Origin: a virus
Virus record (IMG/VR): IMGVR_UViG_3300032053_004772
Span: 1 to 64,000 of that record
Length of the DNA stretch: 64,000 bases
Direction: 5' to 3' (one strand)
A program made the position numbers and the translations under genes. This document shows positions 37,553 through 47,346 of this stretch, piece after piece (position 1 is the stretch's first letter; the number at the start of each line of letters is the position of its first letter). The notes under the pieces were generated by a model. That model worked only from the letters and a program-made list of their open reading frames with translations, had not been told where the DNA came from and did no database searches.

Positions 37553-38994
37553 TGGCAACATATTATGTAGACTTTGCAACCGGAGTAGATACCAATAATG
37601 GTACTTCCACCGAGACTCCGTGGGAACACTGTCCAGGAGATGTAAATGCTACAAATAATGCTGCTATAACTCTATCTGTGGGAGACATTATTTATTTCAA
37701 AGGTGGTATTTCTTATGTGGGGAAAATAAGTACAAATGCGAATGGTACTGCTCTAGCATATATTCAATATCTATCAGGAGACTTGGTATCTTGGGGAACT
37801 GGTCGTGGGAAAATAGATAGCGGGAATACTCTCATTCATGGATTCTTCATTAGTCATGCTTATTTAAGATTCAAAGGATTAGAAGTTTGCAATGTAGCAT
37901 ATACTGCCGATTCAAGTTCGGCATTTTTTCTCAATTCAGGAGGAAGTCCGTCCTATATTGAAATCCAAGAAAACTATATTCATGACATTCCCCGCGCTCC
38001 CGGAAATTCCGATACGGGTTATGGAGTTGAAATTGATGCTGGGCATCATATTCTAGTAGAAAAAAACATTATTGAGGATTGCGGGGAGAAAGCAATTGAG
38101 GCAACGTATAATTGTACCTATGTAACTATTCGATACAATTATATCTCAGGAGGTTATTCTCACAGTATAGTAATTAGCGGTCAACATTGTGACACATATA
38201 ATAATATTATTACTCTAAATGGTTCAACGGAAACACAAGCATATGGAATAAAATTGGATTCCGGGACGAATGCCAGTGAATATAATAAAGTTTATAATAA
38301 TATCATCTATGATTGCCGATGCGGTATTGGGATTCTTAATGGTCGATTGAATGAGATTTATCATAATATCGTTTTTTATACAAGTCAAGGAACTCGACAT
38401 ACAGCAGAAGCTGACGCCGTAGGATTATCAATGTATGATGATGGCACAAGTGCAATAGATGTAGAAAACAATAAAATATACAACAACATATTTTATTATT
38501 CTGGGAAAATGAATGGAACAGATGCTGTGGAAATGTTTTTCAAATCAAATATTGGAAATAATAATGAGGTGAAAAATAATATATTTTATTATGATGCTTC
38601 TGATACTGATACCTTATTTCGTTATAATGATGGTTCATATTCCTATCATGATTTAACATGGTTTGAGGGAACGAATGGATTTTCTGCGGTGGGAACGGGC
38701 AATATAGCAAGTGGTAATAGAGTGTCGGCTCCAGGCTTTGTTGGGGGAACTGGGGCAACATTATTTGCTGTTTGTCCGACTGGTTTCGCAATTGATTGGA
38801 CTCCCAATAATGACAATTTGCAGTTATTGGTGGACTCGTCCGCAATAGATGCAGGACTTGCATTGGCGGCCGATTTCAATATAGATATCGACGGCATCAT
38901 TCGTCCCCGGGGCGCTGATTGGGATATCGGCGCGTATGAATATGATAGCGGAATAACTCCTACCTTTAAGCAAGGAACGAGATTGAGATTCTAG
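37552..38994 (+). CDS. right-handed beta-helix tailspike/depolymerase-like protein
   Basis: YYVD...G.D.NNGTS..TPW, GD.IYFKGG, repeated NN-I-x rungs, DIDG..RP.G..WDIGAYEY. Confidence 0.75.
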   Translation: MATYYVDFATGVDTNNGTSTETPWEHCPGDVNATNNAAITLSVGDIIYFKGGISYVGKISTNANGTALAYIQYLSGDLVSWGTGRGKIDSGNTLIHGFFISHAYLRFKGLEVCNVAYTADSSSAFFLNSGGSPSYIEIQENYIHDIPRAPGNSDTGYGVEIDAGHHILVEKNIIEDCGEKAIEATYNCTYVTIRYNYISGGYSHSIVISGQHCDTYNNIITLNGSTETQAYGIKLDSGTNASEYNKVYNNIIYDCRCGIGILNGRLNEIYHNIVFYTSQGTRHTAEADAVGLSMYDDGTSAIDVENNKIYNNIFYYSGKMNGTDAVEMFFKSNIGNNNEVKNNIFYYDASDTDTLFRYNDGSYSYHDLTWFEGTNGFSAVGTGNIASGNRVSAPGFVGGTGATLFAVCPTGFAIDWTPNNDNLQLLVDSSAIDAGLALAADFNIDIDGIIRPRGADWDIGAYEYDSGITPTFKQGTRLRF

Positions 38995-39005
38995 GAGGAA
39001 CAAAA

Positions 39006-39308
39006 ATGTTAAAATTAGCTCTAAATACGGCGGCGACTTTCCGTATCGGTCCATTCCTAGATGAAACCACCGGTAAAGATGCAGAAACAGCGCTATCGAT
39101 TTTACAAGCGAATATCCGTCTAAGCAAGGTCGGAGGAGACTTTGCCCAGGTAAACCATGCCCAGGGAGGGGTGGCTCTAGTACACGATGAGAATGGTTGG
39201 TACATCATGGATGTTAATACCACGGATACAAATACCGCCGGGAATCTGGAAATAGCCATCCATGTAACCGGAGCGCTTCCTGTATGGAAAAAGTATAAGG
39301 TAGAATGA
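39006..39308 (+). CDS. small structural protein, paralog 1
   Basis: IGPFLD...IRLSK.GGDFAQ...GWY; AGGAGG RBS. Confidence 0.65.
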   Translation: MLKLALNTAATFRIGPFLDETTGKDAETALSILQANIRLSKVGGDFAQVNHAQGGVALVHDENGWYIMDVNTTDTNTAGNLEIAIHVTGALPVWKKYKVE

Positions 39309-39309
39309 T

Positions 39310-39651
39310 ATGCCCGATCTTGTGATAGGATCAGGATTCACCTTTCGGATAGGTCCATTCCTGGATGATGCAGACGCTAAGACTCCCATAACAGATCTAT
39401 CGATTTTGCAAGCGGATATTCGACTGAGCAAAGACGGAGGAGACTTTGCTCAGGTGAATCATGCTCAGGGTGGTGTAGCGTTGGTACATGATGAAGATGG
39501 TTGGTACATTCTTAACTTAGATAGCACAGATACAAATGTCGTGAGAAATCTAGAAATAGCTATCCATATATCTGGCGCTCTTCCGTGGTGGGAAGAAAAC
39601 GAGATGTTTGACCCCTGGACTCCGCACACGCACAGGACGCTGGTGTTTTGA
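39310..39651 (+). CDS. small structural protein, paralog 2
   Basis: highly similar to 39006..39308. Confidence 0.65.
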   Translation: MPDLVIGSGFTFRIGPFLDDADAKTPITDLSILQADIRLSKDGGDFAQVNHAQGGVALVHDEDGWYILNLDSTDTNVVRNLEIAIHISGALPWWEENEMFDPWTPHTHRTLVF

Positions 39652-39701
39652 AGGTGTAAATGATGATCATCTTTATCGCTCGCGCTTCTAGAGGAGTGTA
39701 A

Positions 39702-42548
39702 ATGGCGATCACCAGACTAGCCGGCGCCTGGGCTAATGGATCTATTTCCTGCACTCCATCCTTGCCCTCAACTCCACAGGCGGGGGACCTCCACGTCATC
39801 TACATCGGCGGCAAGCCCTATAGCATCACGATTGCCGAGCTGGCCGGCTGGACTCTCATCCCTGGAACCGACGGGCAGAACGGCACGGTAGCGAGCGGTA
39901 CGGATGTTGGCTCGGTTCGGTGGGCGGCATTTTACCGATATTGGCAGTCGGGCGACGATGAAACGCCGACCTTCACAGTCACCGGAGGGAACGTAGTCCT
40001 TGGGGTGGCTGTACGTTTCCGCCCGACGGCTGGCTATAGCATCGATACGCCCGTAGGCTGCAAGGGCTGGGATAACACCAGCGGACTCGATTACTTGGCG
40101 ACGATGGACGCCAACCCGGGGATCACCACCGCCGATGTCTTGAACAACTTCACTACAATCGCAGGAAACAACGCGACTTTCACCGTCCCAACGATCACAG
40201 CAACCGGGGCCACGATAGGAGCGGTCACCGAGAGTCCGGCGACGGAAGGCACTACCACCACCGGGAACGACCTGGAGGCTTCCGCGTCCACCGCCGTGGT
40301 TTCTTCGGGAAACGCATCCGCCGCGCCTGTGGTGGGCTGGACTCTTGTTTCCGCATCGCAGACCGGAGGCGGGGCATTTGTTCGAGTCCGAGAAATTCTA
40401 ATTCTAATTTATGCCGGTTCTGGCAAGATTCAAACGTCAGGTAGTGCTACTGTTACTACTACTGCTGATTATACCTTCGCTGCTTCAGGGAAGATTCAGA
40501 CTTCTGGTTCAGGAGCTTCATCTCTTTCGCAAACTGTTAATCTCGCGGTATTACAGGGTGCGGGAACCTTCTACGGTACACTTCAATCGGTTCAAGTTAG
40601 CGTTACTCTTGATCAATCAGCTCCGATTGCTGGCGGTGGTACACTTCAAACGCCAACTGTTGAGATTGAGACTGCATACGTCTACGGTGGATCCGGTCAG
40701 ATCCGAGCGTCAGGTGCAGGTTCAGCAATCCTTTCGAGTATCTACGAAGTAAGTGGTCAAGGTCTGATAAGCACTTCCGGTGCTGCTACTACTCTTTGCA
40801 CGGCAATCTTTTCTGAGACAGGATCCGGTATAATTCAAACTAGCGGCGCAGGAAGTTTCACTTTTTCTTCTATTTTCGTTCATTCGAGTGAAGGAACTAT
40901 TCTCATATCTGGAAGTGCAGACTGTTCTTTCGTCGGAGAGAATAGTCAGATTGGTTCCGGATTAGTTGAAGTTAGCGGTACTGCGGCAGTTTCCGTATCT
41001 GCTATCATTAATCTAGAGACACTTCTGAGTGGCGGAACCTTCTATGGTACGCTACAATCGGTACAGATTAGTGTCACTCTTGATCAATCTAATCCTTTAC
41101 CTGGCGGCGGTACACTTTACGCTCCTGCGGCTGAGATTACAGGATATACCTACGTTGGATCTGGCAAGATTCAGACGTCAGGTAGTGCCTCAGCATCTGT
41201 TGAGAGTGAGGCTACTTGTGTAGGATCCGGTAAGATTCAACTCTCTGGTTCCGCTATCGTAAACCTCTCTGCTATCGTCAATTTAGCGGCACTGCAAGGA
41301 ATCGGAACCTTCTACGGTACTGTAGTCGGAATCGATATCGATCTTTCTGCTGATGGTCCTTTGACCGGTGGTGGTACTCTACACGCATTAACCGTTGAGA
41401 TTAGTAAGAGTCTGGTAGGTTCTGGTCTTGTTCGTATACAAGGAGCAGGTGTATGCTCGTTCACTTCAATCTACGCTGTATCTGGCGGCGGTTTAATTCA
41501 GGTTCAAGGAACGAGTCCTTCGCTGTATGTTCCGGATTTTACTCAAATAGGTTCTGGTCTTGTTCAGCTTCTCGGAAGCGCTGCCACTGAGATTGGTCAG
41601 AAGTTCTTCCTCTTCTCTAGCAGCGGACTTATATCCGTTACCGGGAGTGCGGATATCTTCGTATCCGGAGATAACTCTCAGGTTGGATCAGGCCTTGTAA
41701 GTCTGTCGGGTTCCGCTGCTAGCGAAATTGGTATCGCTCACTTTATCTACACACCTACCGGTCTAATTGTACTCTCCGGTGTCGGTGCGTCTCAGCAAGT
41801 GCACACTTTCTTAGTGAGTGGATCCGGACTCGTTCAAGCGTTGGGTCAAGCGGTATCAGAGTATACTCATACGTTCTCGCAGATCGGTTCTGGTTTAGTT
41901 CAGTTACTGGGGTCTGCTGTCACACTAATCGGTTCGAAGGACTTCGTCTACACCGGTTCCGGTTTGATCTCATTACTCGGGGCTGCTGAGTATCAGCTCT
42001 CGGGAATAACGGTATATTCCGGAAGTGGTCTAATTCGTCTTTCCGGAACCGCTTTGACTGAGTATTCGACGATTATGAGCTTCATCGGTAGCGGTTTAGC
42101 TCGTCTGCAAGGATCAGGGATTGGTGTACAGACGTTTGTCTATCCGTTTAGTGGATCGGGACAGATACGCACTTTCGGATCAGGACAGATTGATTACACG
42201 AAGATCTTTGAGGTCGCTGGTACCGGGTTGATACAACTTCTCGGTGGATCTTCGTCTCTTTATACCGCAATCTTCTCAGCTGACGGTAGCGGTATCTTCA
42301 TAGTAACCGGAACGTTCGATGCGTATGCCGCCTTAAGAGAATACGAGTGCATTTTCCAGGGAGTTATCTCTGTAAGCGGTGCTGCGGAAGTTACGGTGTT
42401 ATATCCTCCAACGGTAGAGTTGTGGTTCTATACTCCAGTAACGACCGTTGCAGAAATTCAATCTCGTGTTACAACGCTGATGAAGCTTTTCACGAAGGTT
42501 TCTAAGCAAGTGGACGTAGATACTAAGATCGAGGTGAGGCATGGCTGA
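39702..42548 (+). CDS. Ser/Thr/Gly-rich repeat fibre-like protein
   Basis: GC-rich N-terminal domain, then many ~25-aa GSGxIxxSG units plus three GTFYGT...GGGTL units. Confidence 0.7.
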   Translation: MAITRLAGAWANGSISCTPSLPSTPQAGDLHVIYIGGKPYSITIAELAGWTLIPGTDGQNGTVASGTDVGSVRWAAFYRYWQSGDDETPTFTVTGGNVVLGVAVRFRPTAGYSIDTPVGCKGWDNTSGLDYLATMDANPGITTADVLNNFTTIAGNNATFTVPTITATGATIGAVTESPATEGTTTTGNDLEASASTAVVSSGNASAAPVVGWTLVSASQTGGGAFVRVREILILIYAGSGKIQTSGSATVTTTADYTFAASGKIQTSGSGASSLSQTVNLAVLQGAGTFYGTLQSVQVSVTLDQSAPIAGGGTLQTPTVEIETAYVYGGSGQIRASGAGSAILSSIYEVSGQGLISTSGAATTLCTAIFSETGSGIIQTSGAGSFTFSSIFVHSSEGTILISGSADCSFVGENSQIGSGLVEVSGTAAVSVSAIINLETLLSGGTFYGTLQSVQISVTLDQSNPLPGGGTLYAPAAEITGYTYVGSGKIQTSGSASASVESEATCVGSGKIQLSGSAIVNLSAIVNLAALQGIGTFYGTVVGIDIDLSADGPLTGGGTLHALTVEISKSLVGSGLVRIQGAGVCSFTSIYAVSGGGLIQVQGTSPSLYVPDFTQIGSGLVQLLGSAATEIGQKFFLFSSSGLISVTGSADIFVSGDNSQVGSGLVSLSGSAASEIGIAHFIYTPTGLIVLSGVGASQQVHTFLVSGSGLVQALGQAVSEYTHTFSQIGSGLVQLLGSAVTLIGSKDFVYTGSGLISLLGAAEYQLSGITVYSGSGLIRLSGTALTEYSTIMSFIGSGLARLQGSGIGVQTFVYPFSGSGQIRTFGSGQIDYTKIFEVAGTGLIQLLGGSSSLYTAIFSADGSGIFIVTGTFDAYAALREYECIFQGVISVSGAAEVTVLYPPTVELWFYTPVTTVAEIQSRVTTLMKLFTKVSKQVDVDTKIEVRHG

Positions 42549-42852
42549 ACTATTTCAAGATGGTCAAATCTATAAGAATCAAACGAAACTTCGTATTCGA
42601 TGTGAGTGCGGCGATATTCTTGGAGCAGCTTCGGCTCTTGTGGGTTTTAAGGATCCAGACGGCCTCTTCGGTTCGTGGACAGGTGTAATCGAGGATATGA
42701 CACCGACTGGACATGTGTATAAGGATATTACCGCGACTGGGCAACTAAACGTGAGTGGGGAGTGGAGATTCTGGCCTATCGTCACGTTTAGTGATGGAGG
42801 TGTTGCGCCAGGTAAGGCGATCAGGTTAAGGATCTACGATCAGGGGGAGTAA
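42541..42852 (+). CDS. small Ig-like structural protein (BppU-like)
   Basis: K.PDG..G.W, G.W.F motifs; follows the fibre gene. Confidence 0.5.
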   Translation: MAELFQDGQIYKNQTKLRIRCECGDILGAASALVGFKDPDGLFGSWTGVIEDMTPTGHVYKDITATGQLNVSGEWRFWPIVTFSDGGVAPGKAIRLRIYDQGE

Positions 42853-42859
42853 TACCTCT

Positions 42860-43465
42860 ATGGGAAAGATTCTGTTCATCGGGGCTCACACAGATGACGT
42901 GGAATTCGGTTGCGGTGGTACAATCGCAAAGATGATCGAGCGCGGAGAGGAAGTATCTGTCGCTGCTCTCTCTTGGGGATCCTCTCTGTATCCTGAGATG
43001 CACCTAGATCAGGAGTTTCAGAACTCGATGCAGATTTTCGGTGTGAAGGCGACGTTTCTAGGAGACTATCAGATTCGTCTCTTTCCACTTAGTCGACATA
43101 AGATTCTGCAGCATTTGCTGCTAACTCGAGAGCAGGTGCAGCCGGACGTTGTGTTCTTTCCATCCGTTGTCGATATACATCAAGATCATCAGACAGTTTA
43201 TCAAGAGAGTCTTCGAGCGTTTAAGAGAGTCACACACTTCAACTACGAGTTGTTCTGGAACTGTCCAGACTTTCACCCTCAGTACTACGTCGAGTTGAGC
43301 GAGGAGAACTTCACGACTAAAGTGAGAGCGCTGGAGTGTTACGTCTCACAGAAGAATCGTGACTACTTTGATCTGCACAAGATTCGGGTGTGGGCTGAGT
43401 TTCGAGGAGCACAAGTAGGTAAGCAACTTGCCGAAGCGTTTGAAGTAGGAAAGCTTCTCGGATGA
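42860..43465 (+). CDS. PIG-L/LmbE-family N-deacetylase
   Basis: GAHTDDVEFG, HQDH, K..AL..Y.SQ, AEAF. Confidence 0.85.
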   Translation: MGKILFIGAHTDDVEFGCGGTIAKMIERGEEVSVAALSWGSSLYPEMHLDQEFQNSMQIFGVKATFLGDYQIRLFPLSRHKILQHLLLTREQVQPDVVFFPSVVDIHQDHQTVYQESLRAFKRVTHFNYELFWNCPDFHPQYYVELSEENFTTKVRALECYVSQKNRDYFDLHKIRVWAEFRGAQVGKQLAEAFEVGKLLG

Positions 43466-44520
43466 AACTGCCTCGAGTCTTAATCACGGGGGTAGGTGCT
43501 CCCGGTACTAGGGGTACGATCTTCTGTCTTCAGAAGAACTTCGATCGGCAGAAGGTGTTTATCCTTGGTACAGACTCCGACGTTAGCGCAGTAGGTCGAC
43601 ACTTTGTGGATAGGTTCTTCACGATTCCGTATGCTGAGACTGGAATGCGATATCTGAAAGCTCTGCAGGAGTTATGTGAAGAGCATCGAGTTGACGTGAT
43701 ACTTCCTCAGAACACTGCGGAGTTGCTCATCCTTGCCTGTCATCGAGAGTCATTCAAAAGAACTCGCATCTGTGTTTCTAGCGGTGATGCGATCTGTAAG
43801 TCGAACCACAAGATTCGACTGTTACAGGAGTTTCAGAGGGCGAGTCTTCCTTTTCCGACGTACACAGTTGTTACAAATGAAGCCGAGTTGATACAGGGTT
43901 TAGCCGGATTAAGCTACCCGAGAGAGCAAGTCGTAGTAAAGATTCCAGACGGTTCTGGAGGAAGAGGTGTTCGAATTATTTCGTCTCGACCTTATAACTG
44001 GCACAGTTTCGTGCATGAGAAGCCGAACGCTCTAGAGTGGAACTTAGATCAGCTACTTAAAGTTGCGCGTGAAGGTTTTCCTTCTCCTCTCTTACTAACA
44101 GAGTACCTTCCTGGGAGAGAGTACTCTGTTGACGTGTTTAGAGGACTGAGTACAGAGATTGCGATACCTCGAGTTCGACTACGAATCCGTAGTGGTATCA
44201 CGTTTGACACTGAGATCGTTCGGCACGAAGAGATCGAGCGACAGTCTTTGATTGCTGCTCGTGCAATCGATCTTCGGTACGCGTTCGGCTTTCAGTTTCG
44301 AGAGAATGCTCAAGGTAAAGCGCGTGTCATAGAATGCAATCCGAGAGTGCAGGGTACGATGGTAGCCAGTTACTTTGCAGGTGCAAACATTCCGTGGATG
44401 GCAATACGAGAGGCTCTCGGTCTTACGCAGCATCCAGAGGTTCAGATTCAGACTGCGCGTTTCACTCGATATTGGGGAGGAGTTGGACTTGTCCACAACG
44501 AACGGCCGATCAGTATCTAG
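43462..44520 (+). CDS. ATP-grasp ligase
   Basis: VKIPDGSGGRG, EYLPGREYSVD, IECNPR. Confidence 0.85.
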   Translation: MKLPRVLITGVGAPGTRGTIFCLQKNFDRQKVFILGTDSDVSAVGRHFVDRFFTIPYAETGMRYLKALQELCEEHRVDVILPQNTAELLILACHRESFKRTRICVSSGDAICKSNHKIRLLQEFQRASLPFPTYTVVTNEAELIQGLAGLSYPREQVVVKIPDGSGGRGVRIISSRPYNWHSFVHEKPNALEWNLDQLLKVAREGFPSPLLLTEYLPGREYSVDVFRGLSTEIAIPRVRLRIRSGITFDTEIVRHEEIERQSLIAARAIDLRYAFGFQFRENAQGKARVIECNPRVQGTMVASYFAGANIPWMAIREALGLTQHPEVQIQTARFTRYWGGVGLVHNERPISI

Positions 44521-45130
44521 CGTTTTCGGTAGGAGATACCTGTTTCATGTACACTCTCAGTTTGCAGATGGATCGGCTTCCGTGGAGGACTACCTTCGAC
44601 TCGCACAAGCGCACGATCTAGAGACCGTCACGATTTTGGAACATGCACGTCGCATACCGTCTTACAGTGTACAGCGATATGCAGACACCATTCGAGAGAC
44701 CTCGAATCGGTTAGGGATCAGAGCGCTAGTAGGATTTGAGGTTAAGCTGGATTCGGATGGTTCGTTGGACATCAACGATGAGACACTGGCTCTCGCGGAT
44801 GTAGTGGGATTAGCGGTTCACAAGTTTCCGAATGACTTCATGATGTTTATGAAGGCGTTCTCCTCGGTACTACGATTGTGCAGCGACAAGATTCGAGTGT
44901 GGGTTCATCCGGGACTATGGTTCGTTCGGAGGGGAATTCTCGAGGAGAAGTTTTTGGTGTATACAGCGATGTTGAATATCGCTGTAAGTGAGGGTTGGTT
45001 TATAGAGTACAATCTGAAGTACAACTTGATCCCGAGATCGTGGCGGAAACTTGTACATCGGAGTAAGTTGGTAACCGGCGTTGATGCTCACTCTATAGAT
45101 GATGTAAGAAAGCATATTCATCTACTATAG
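44489..45130 (+). CDS. PHP-domain metallophosphoesterase
   Basis: HVHSQFADG, EH, GFE, HP, DAH; likely TTG start at 44489 after GGAGG. Confidence 0.75.
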   Translation: MSTTNGRSVSSVFGRRYLFHVHSQFADGSASVEDYLRLAQAHDLETVTILEHARRIPSYSVQRYADTIRETSNRLGIRALVGFEVKLDSDGSLDINDETLALADVVGLAVHKFPNDFMMFMKAFSSVLRLCSDKIRVWVHPGLWFVRRGILEEKFLVYTAMLNIAVSEGWFIEYNLKYNLIPRSWRKLVHRSKLVTGVDAHSIDDVRKHIHLL

Positions 45131-45381
45131 CTCTTTATAACTTATCTCTCAGTGGCTTGTACTATTATTACCGGGAGAAACTCAGAGATGTTAACAAACA
45201 TCTCTGTTTTTTTGGTTATCGGGTGAGGGATCGTCTCGGTAATATCTTCGTGGTACAAAAAGTGAATGTGTCGGGTCGCTCTATTCACCTTGAATTGCTA
45301 AAGCCAGGGTGTTACTATGGTAAATATAAATATAGCGGTTTCGATAGAAAACTTAGAAAAAATAAAAATAATTCTTCTTTT

Positions 45382-45443
45382 CCTCTTGATTTTTCTTTCA
45401 ATCTATATTATAATATAATTGTAGACTAAGAAGAAAGAGAAGA
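45382..45443 (+). repeat. 62-bp exact direct repeat, copy 2, containing sigma70 promoter (-35 at 45386, -10 at 45409)
   Basis: identical to 6336-6397. Confidence 0.9.
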
Positions 45444-45452
45444 GGGAGAGCG

Positions 45453-46340
45453 ATGAAGGTAGAGTTCAACAAAGATAGGACGTTCGGAGTAGAGTTCGAA
45501 GTGATCGGAAACTACGACGCTGCGCGCTATCAAGTGTTGCAAGGGATCAAGAAACTCTATCGGGAAGGGCGCATCACTCACGACGTTGAGGATATCGGTT
45601 GCTACGAGCACACAGGAAGCGGGAACGTTAAGTGGGTTATTAAGAACGACACCAGCTTACACGGACACGACAGGGTCGGGTTCGAGGTGGTTACGCCGGT
45701 CCTTAAGGGGTTGGAGGGACTGTACGAGCTCGAGCAAGTAGCAAAGGTGCTTAACAAGCACTCGCACATAGAGCAGTGCTGCGGTGGGCACGTACATCAC
45801 GGTGTGAGCGATCTCAATAAGCAGGCGTTCAAGAACCTATACGGTCTGATGAAGAAGTACGAGAGAGTGGTGGACTACTTCGTAGCACCCAGCCGGAGAC
45901 GCAATCAGTATTGCAGCCACCTTCCAGAGGCGGACGTGTTTTTCAGAGACACCAGTGCAGAGCGGCTCTATCATCAGTACGATGCCGAGCGGTTCTATCG
46001 AGCAGTGATTAGCAGGCTCGGGCGGAGAGCAGTGAACTTCAGCTCCTATGCGATCAGAGGAACGATAGAGTTTCGGCAGCACCAGGGGACGGTGGACTTT
46101 GTGAAGATCAAGCAGTGGATCACTCTGACGCAGGCGTTTATTGAGACGGCCAAGCGGAGGAGCAGTGTTCAGTATCAGGTGCGCGACGCACTCTCGATCG
46201 ACAATCTCTTTGCGGATCTCAATTGGGTGAAGGTCTCTGTGACGGACGAGATCAGTGAGGAGATCGTTCAGGCGCGGACGTTCCTGCGGGAGCGCTATCG
46301 GACGTTCAGGCAGGCCGGCGCGACAGAAGCGGTCGCGTAA
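45453..46340 (+). CDS. putative amidoligase (COOH-NH2 ligase, Amidoligase_2 type)
   Basis: RTFGVEFEV, D.SL, E.VTP.L, CGGHVH, TIEFRQHQGT. Confidence 0.8.
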   Translation: MKVEFNKDRTFGVEFEVIGNYDAARYQVLQGIKKLYREGRITHDVEDIGCYEHTGSGNVKWVIKNDTSLHGHDRVGFEVVTPVLKGLEGLYELEQVAKVLNKHSHIEQCCGGHVHHGVSDLNKQAFKNLYGLMKKYERVVDYFVAPSRRRNQYCSHLPEADVFFRDTSAERLYHQYDAERFYRAVISRLGRRAVNFSSYAIRGTIEFRQHQGTVDFVKIKQWITLTQAFIETAKRRSSVQYQVRDALSIDNLFADLNWVKVSVTDEISEEIVQARTFLRERYRTFRQAGATEAVA

Positions 46341-46345
46341 GGAGG

Positions 46346-46582
46346 ATGAAGTTGAAGATTCGGTGGAAAGATCATACGATCAAAGGTACGCCAGAGGAGA
46401 TCGTGCGAACGTTGAGAACGGAGATTGCTTGGGACGCACCAAAGACGGATCAGAGGTATATGAACGAGGTTGCCGATCGGGTGCTCTATTTGTACGGAAT
46501 GATGATACCGACCGACGATCCAGAGGAGTTTCTGCAGGCGCTGGCAGCGATCCAAGAGGTGAAAGTGAAGGAGGACGAGTAG
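46346..46582 (+). CDS. hypothetical protein
   Basis: AAGGAGG RBS; between amidoligase and GATase. Confidence 0.6.
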   Translation: MKLKIRWKDHTIKGTPEEIVRTLRTEIAWDAPKTDQRYMNEVADRVLYLYGMMIPTDDPEEFLQALAAIQEVKVKEDE

Positions 46583-47338
46583 ATGTGCGGAATCACTGGC
46601 TTTGTTAAGACCGCCGATCGAACGTACGCAACTGAGCCGGTGCTGCGCTCCGTGTTTGAGGTGATGCAGATTCGTGGAGAGCACGCTAGTGGAATCGCTG
46701 CGTTGATGGGAAGCAAGAAGAAGCGAGAGATCGGAGTTGCTAAGGGTAACGTTCCGTCGACCGAGTTCGTACAGAGAGACGAGTGGAAGGAGTTCGTTCC
46801 TCGCGCGAACGTGCTGATCGCGCATACGAGATACGCTGTCTACGGGAATCCGTCCGACAACATTAACAACCATCCGCACAGCACCGACGACTACAAGTAC
46901 TCGTTGATCCACAACGGAATAGTGCACGATCGACCTAAGAGCGTTCGAGGGTTGCTTAAGAGCAAATGTGACTCTGAGATACTCTTACGGTTGCTCGAAA
47001 AGAACGGAGTTGTGAAGGGATTCCGAAAGATCGCGCATATGAAGCGTTCCTCTGTAGCAGTGCTAGTGATCAAGGCCGACACTGGAGTACTTTATGCGTA
47101 TCGGAACGAACACTCGCCGCTGGTGTACTGCGATCTGACGACCGAGATCGGAGGGTTGCTCTTTGCTAGCACGGCCGAGTTGATGGTAGAAGGTATTCGA
47201 AAGGCCGGATTCGATTTCGGAGATATCGAACGGCGCTGTGCTCCTATAATTCCAAACGTGGTGTACGCGTTCACAACTAAGCGCAGGTATCCGAAGACGA
47301 AAGTTCTTACGGAGAGCGTTGTTCAGACAGTGACGTAG
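46583..47338 (+). CDS. class II glutamine amidotransferase
   Basis: N-terminal MCGI, RG, HTRYA, NNHP, HNG, DSE. Confidence 0.85.
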   Translation: MCGITGFVKTADRTYATEPVLRSVFEVMQIRGEHASGIAALMGSKKKREIGVAKGNVPSTEFVQRDEWKEFVPRANVLIAHTRYAVYGNPSDNINNHPHSTDDYKYSLIHNGIVHDRPKSVRGLLKSKCDSEILLRLLEKNGVVKGFRKIAHMKRSSVAVLVIKADTGVLYAYRNEHSPLVYCDLTTEIGGLLFASTAELMVEGIRKAGFDFGDIERRCAPIIPNVVYAFTTKRRYPKTKVLTESVVQTVT

Positions 47339-47346
47339 GAGGTGAG

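Noticed and set aside
39006-39651. Paralog pair as DGR template/variable repeats
   Set aside because: Differences are mainly synonymous third-position changes, not adenine-specific; no reverse transcriptase in the window.
45157-45429. 90-aa ORF in the AT-rich gap
   Set aside because: It runs through the promoter repeat and has no clear RBS; probably spurious or a remnant.
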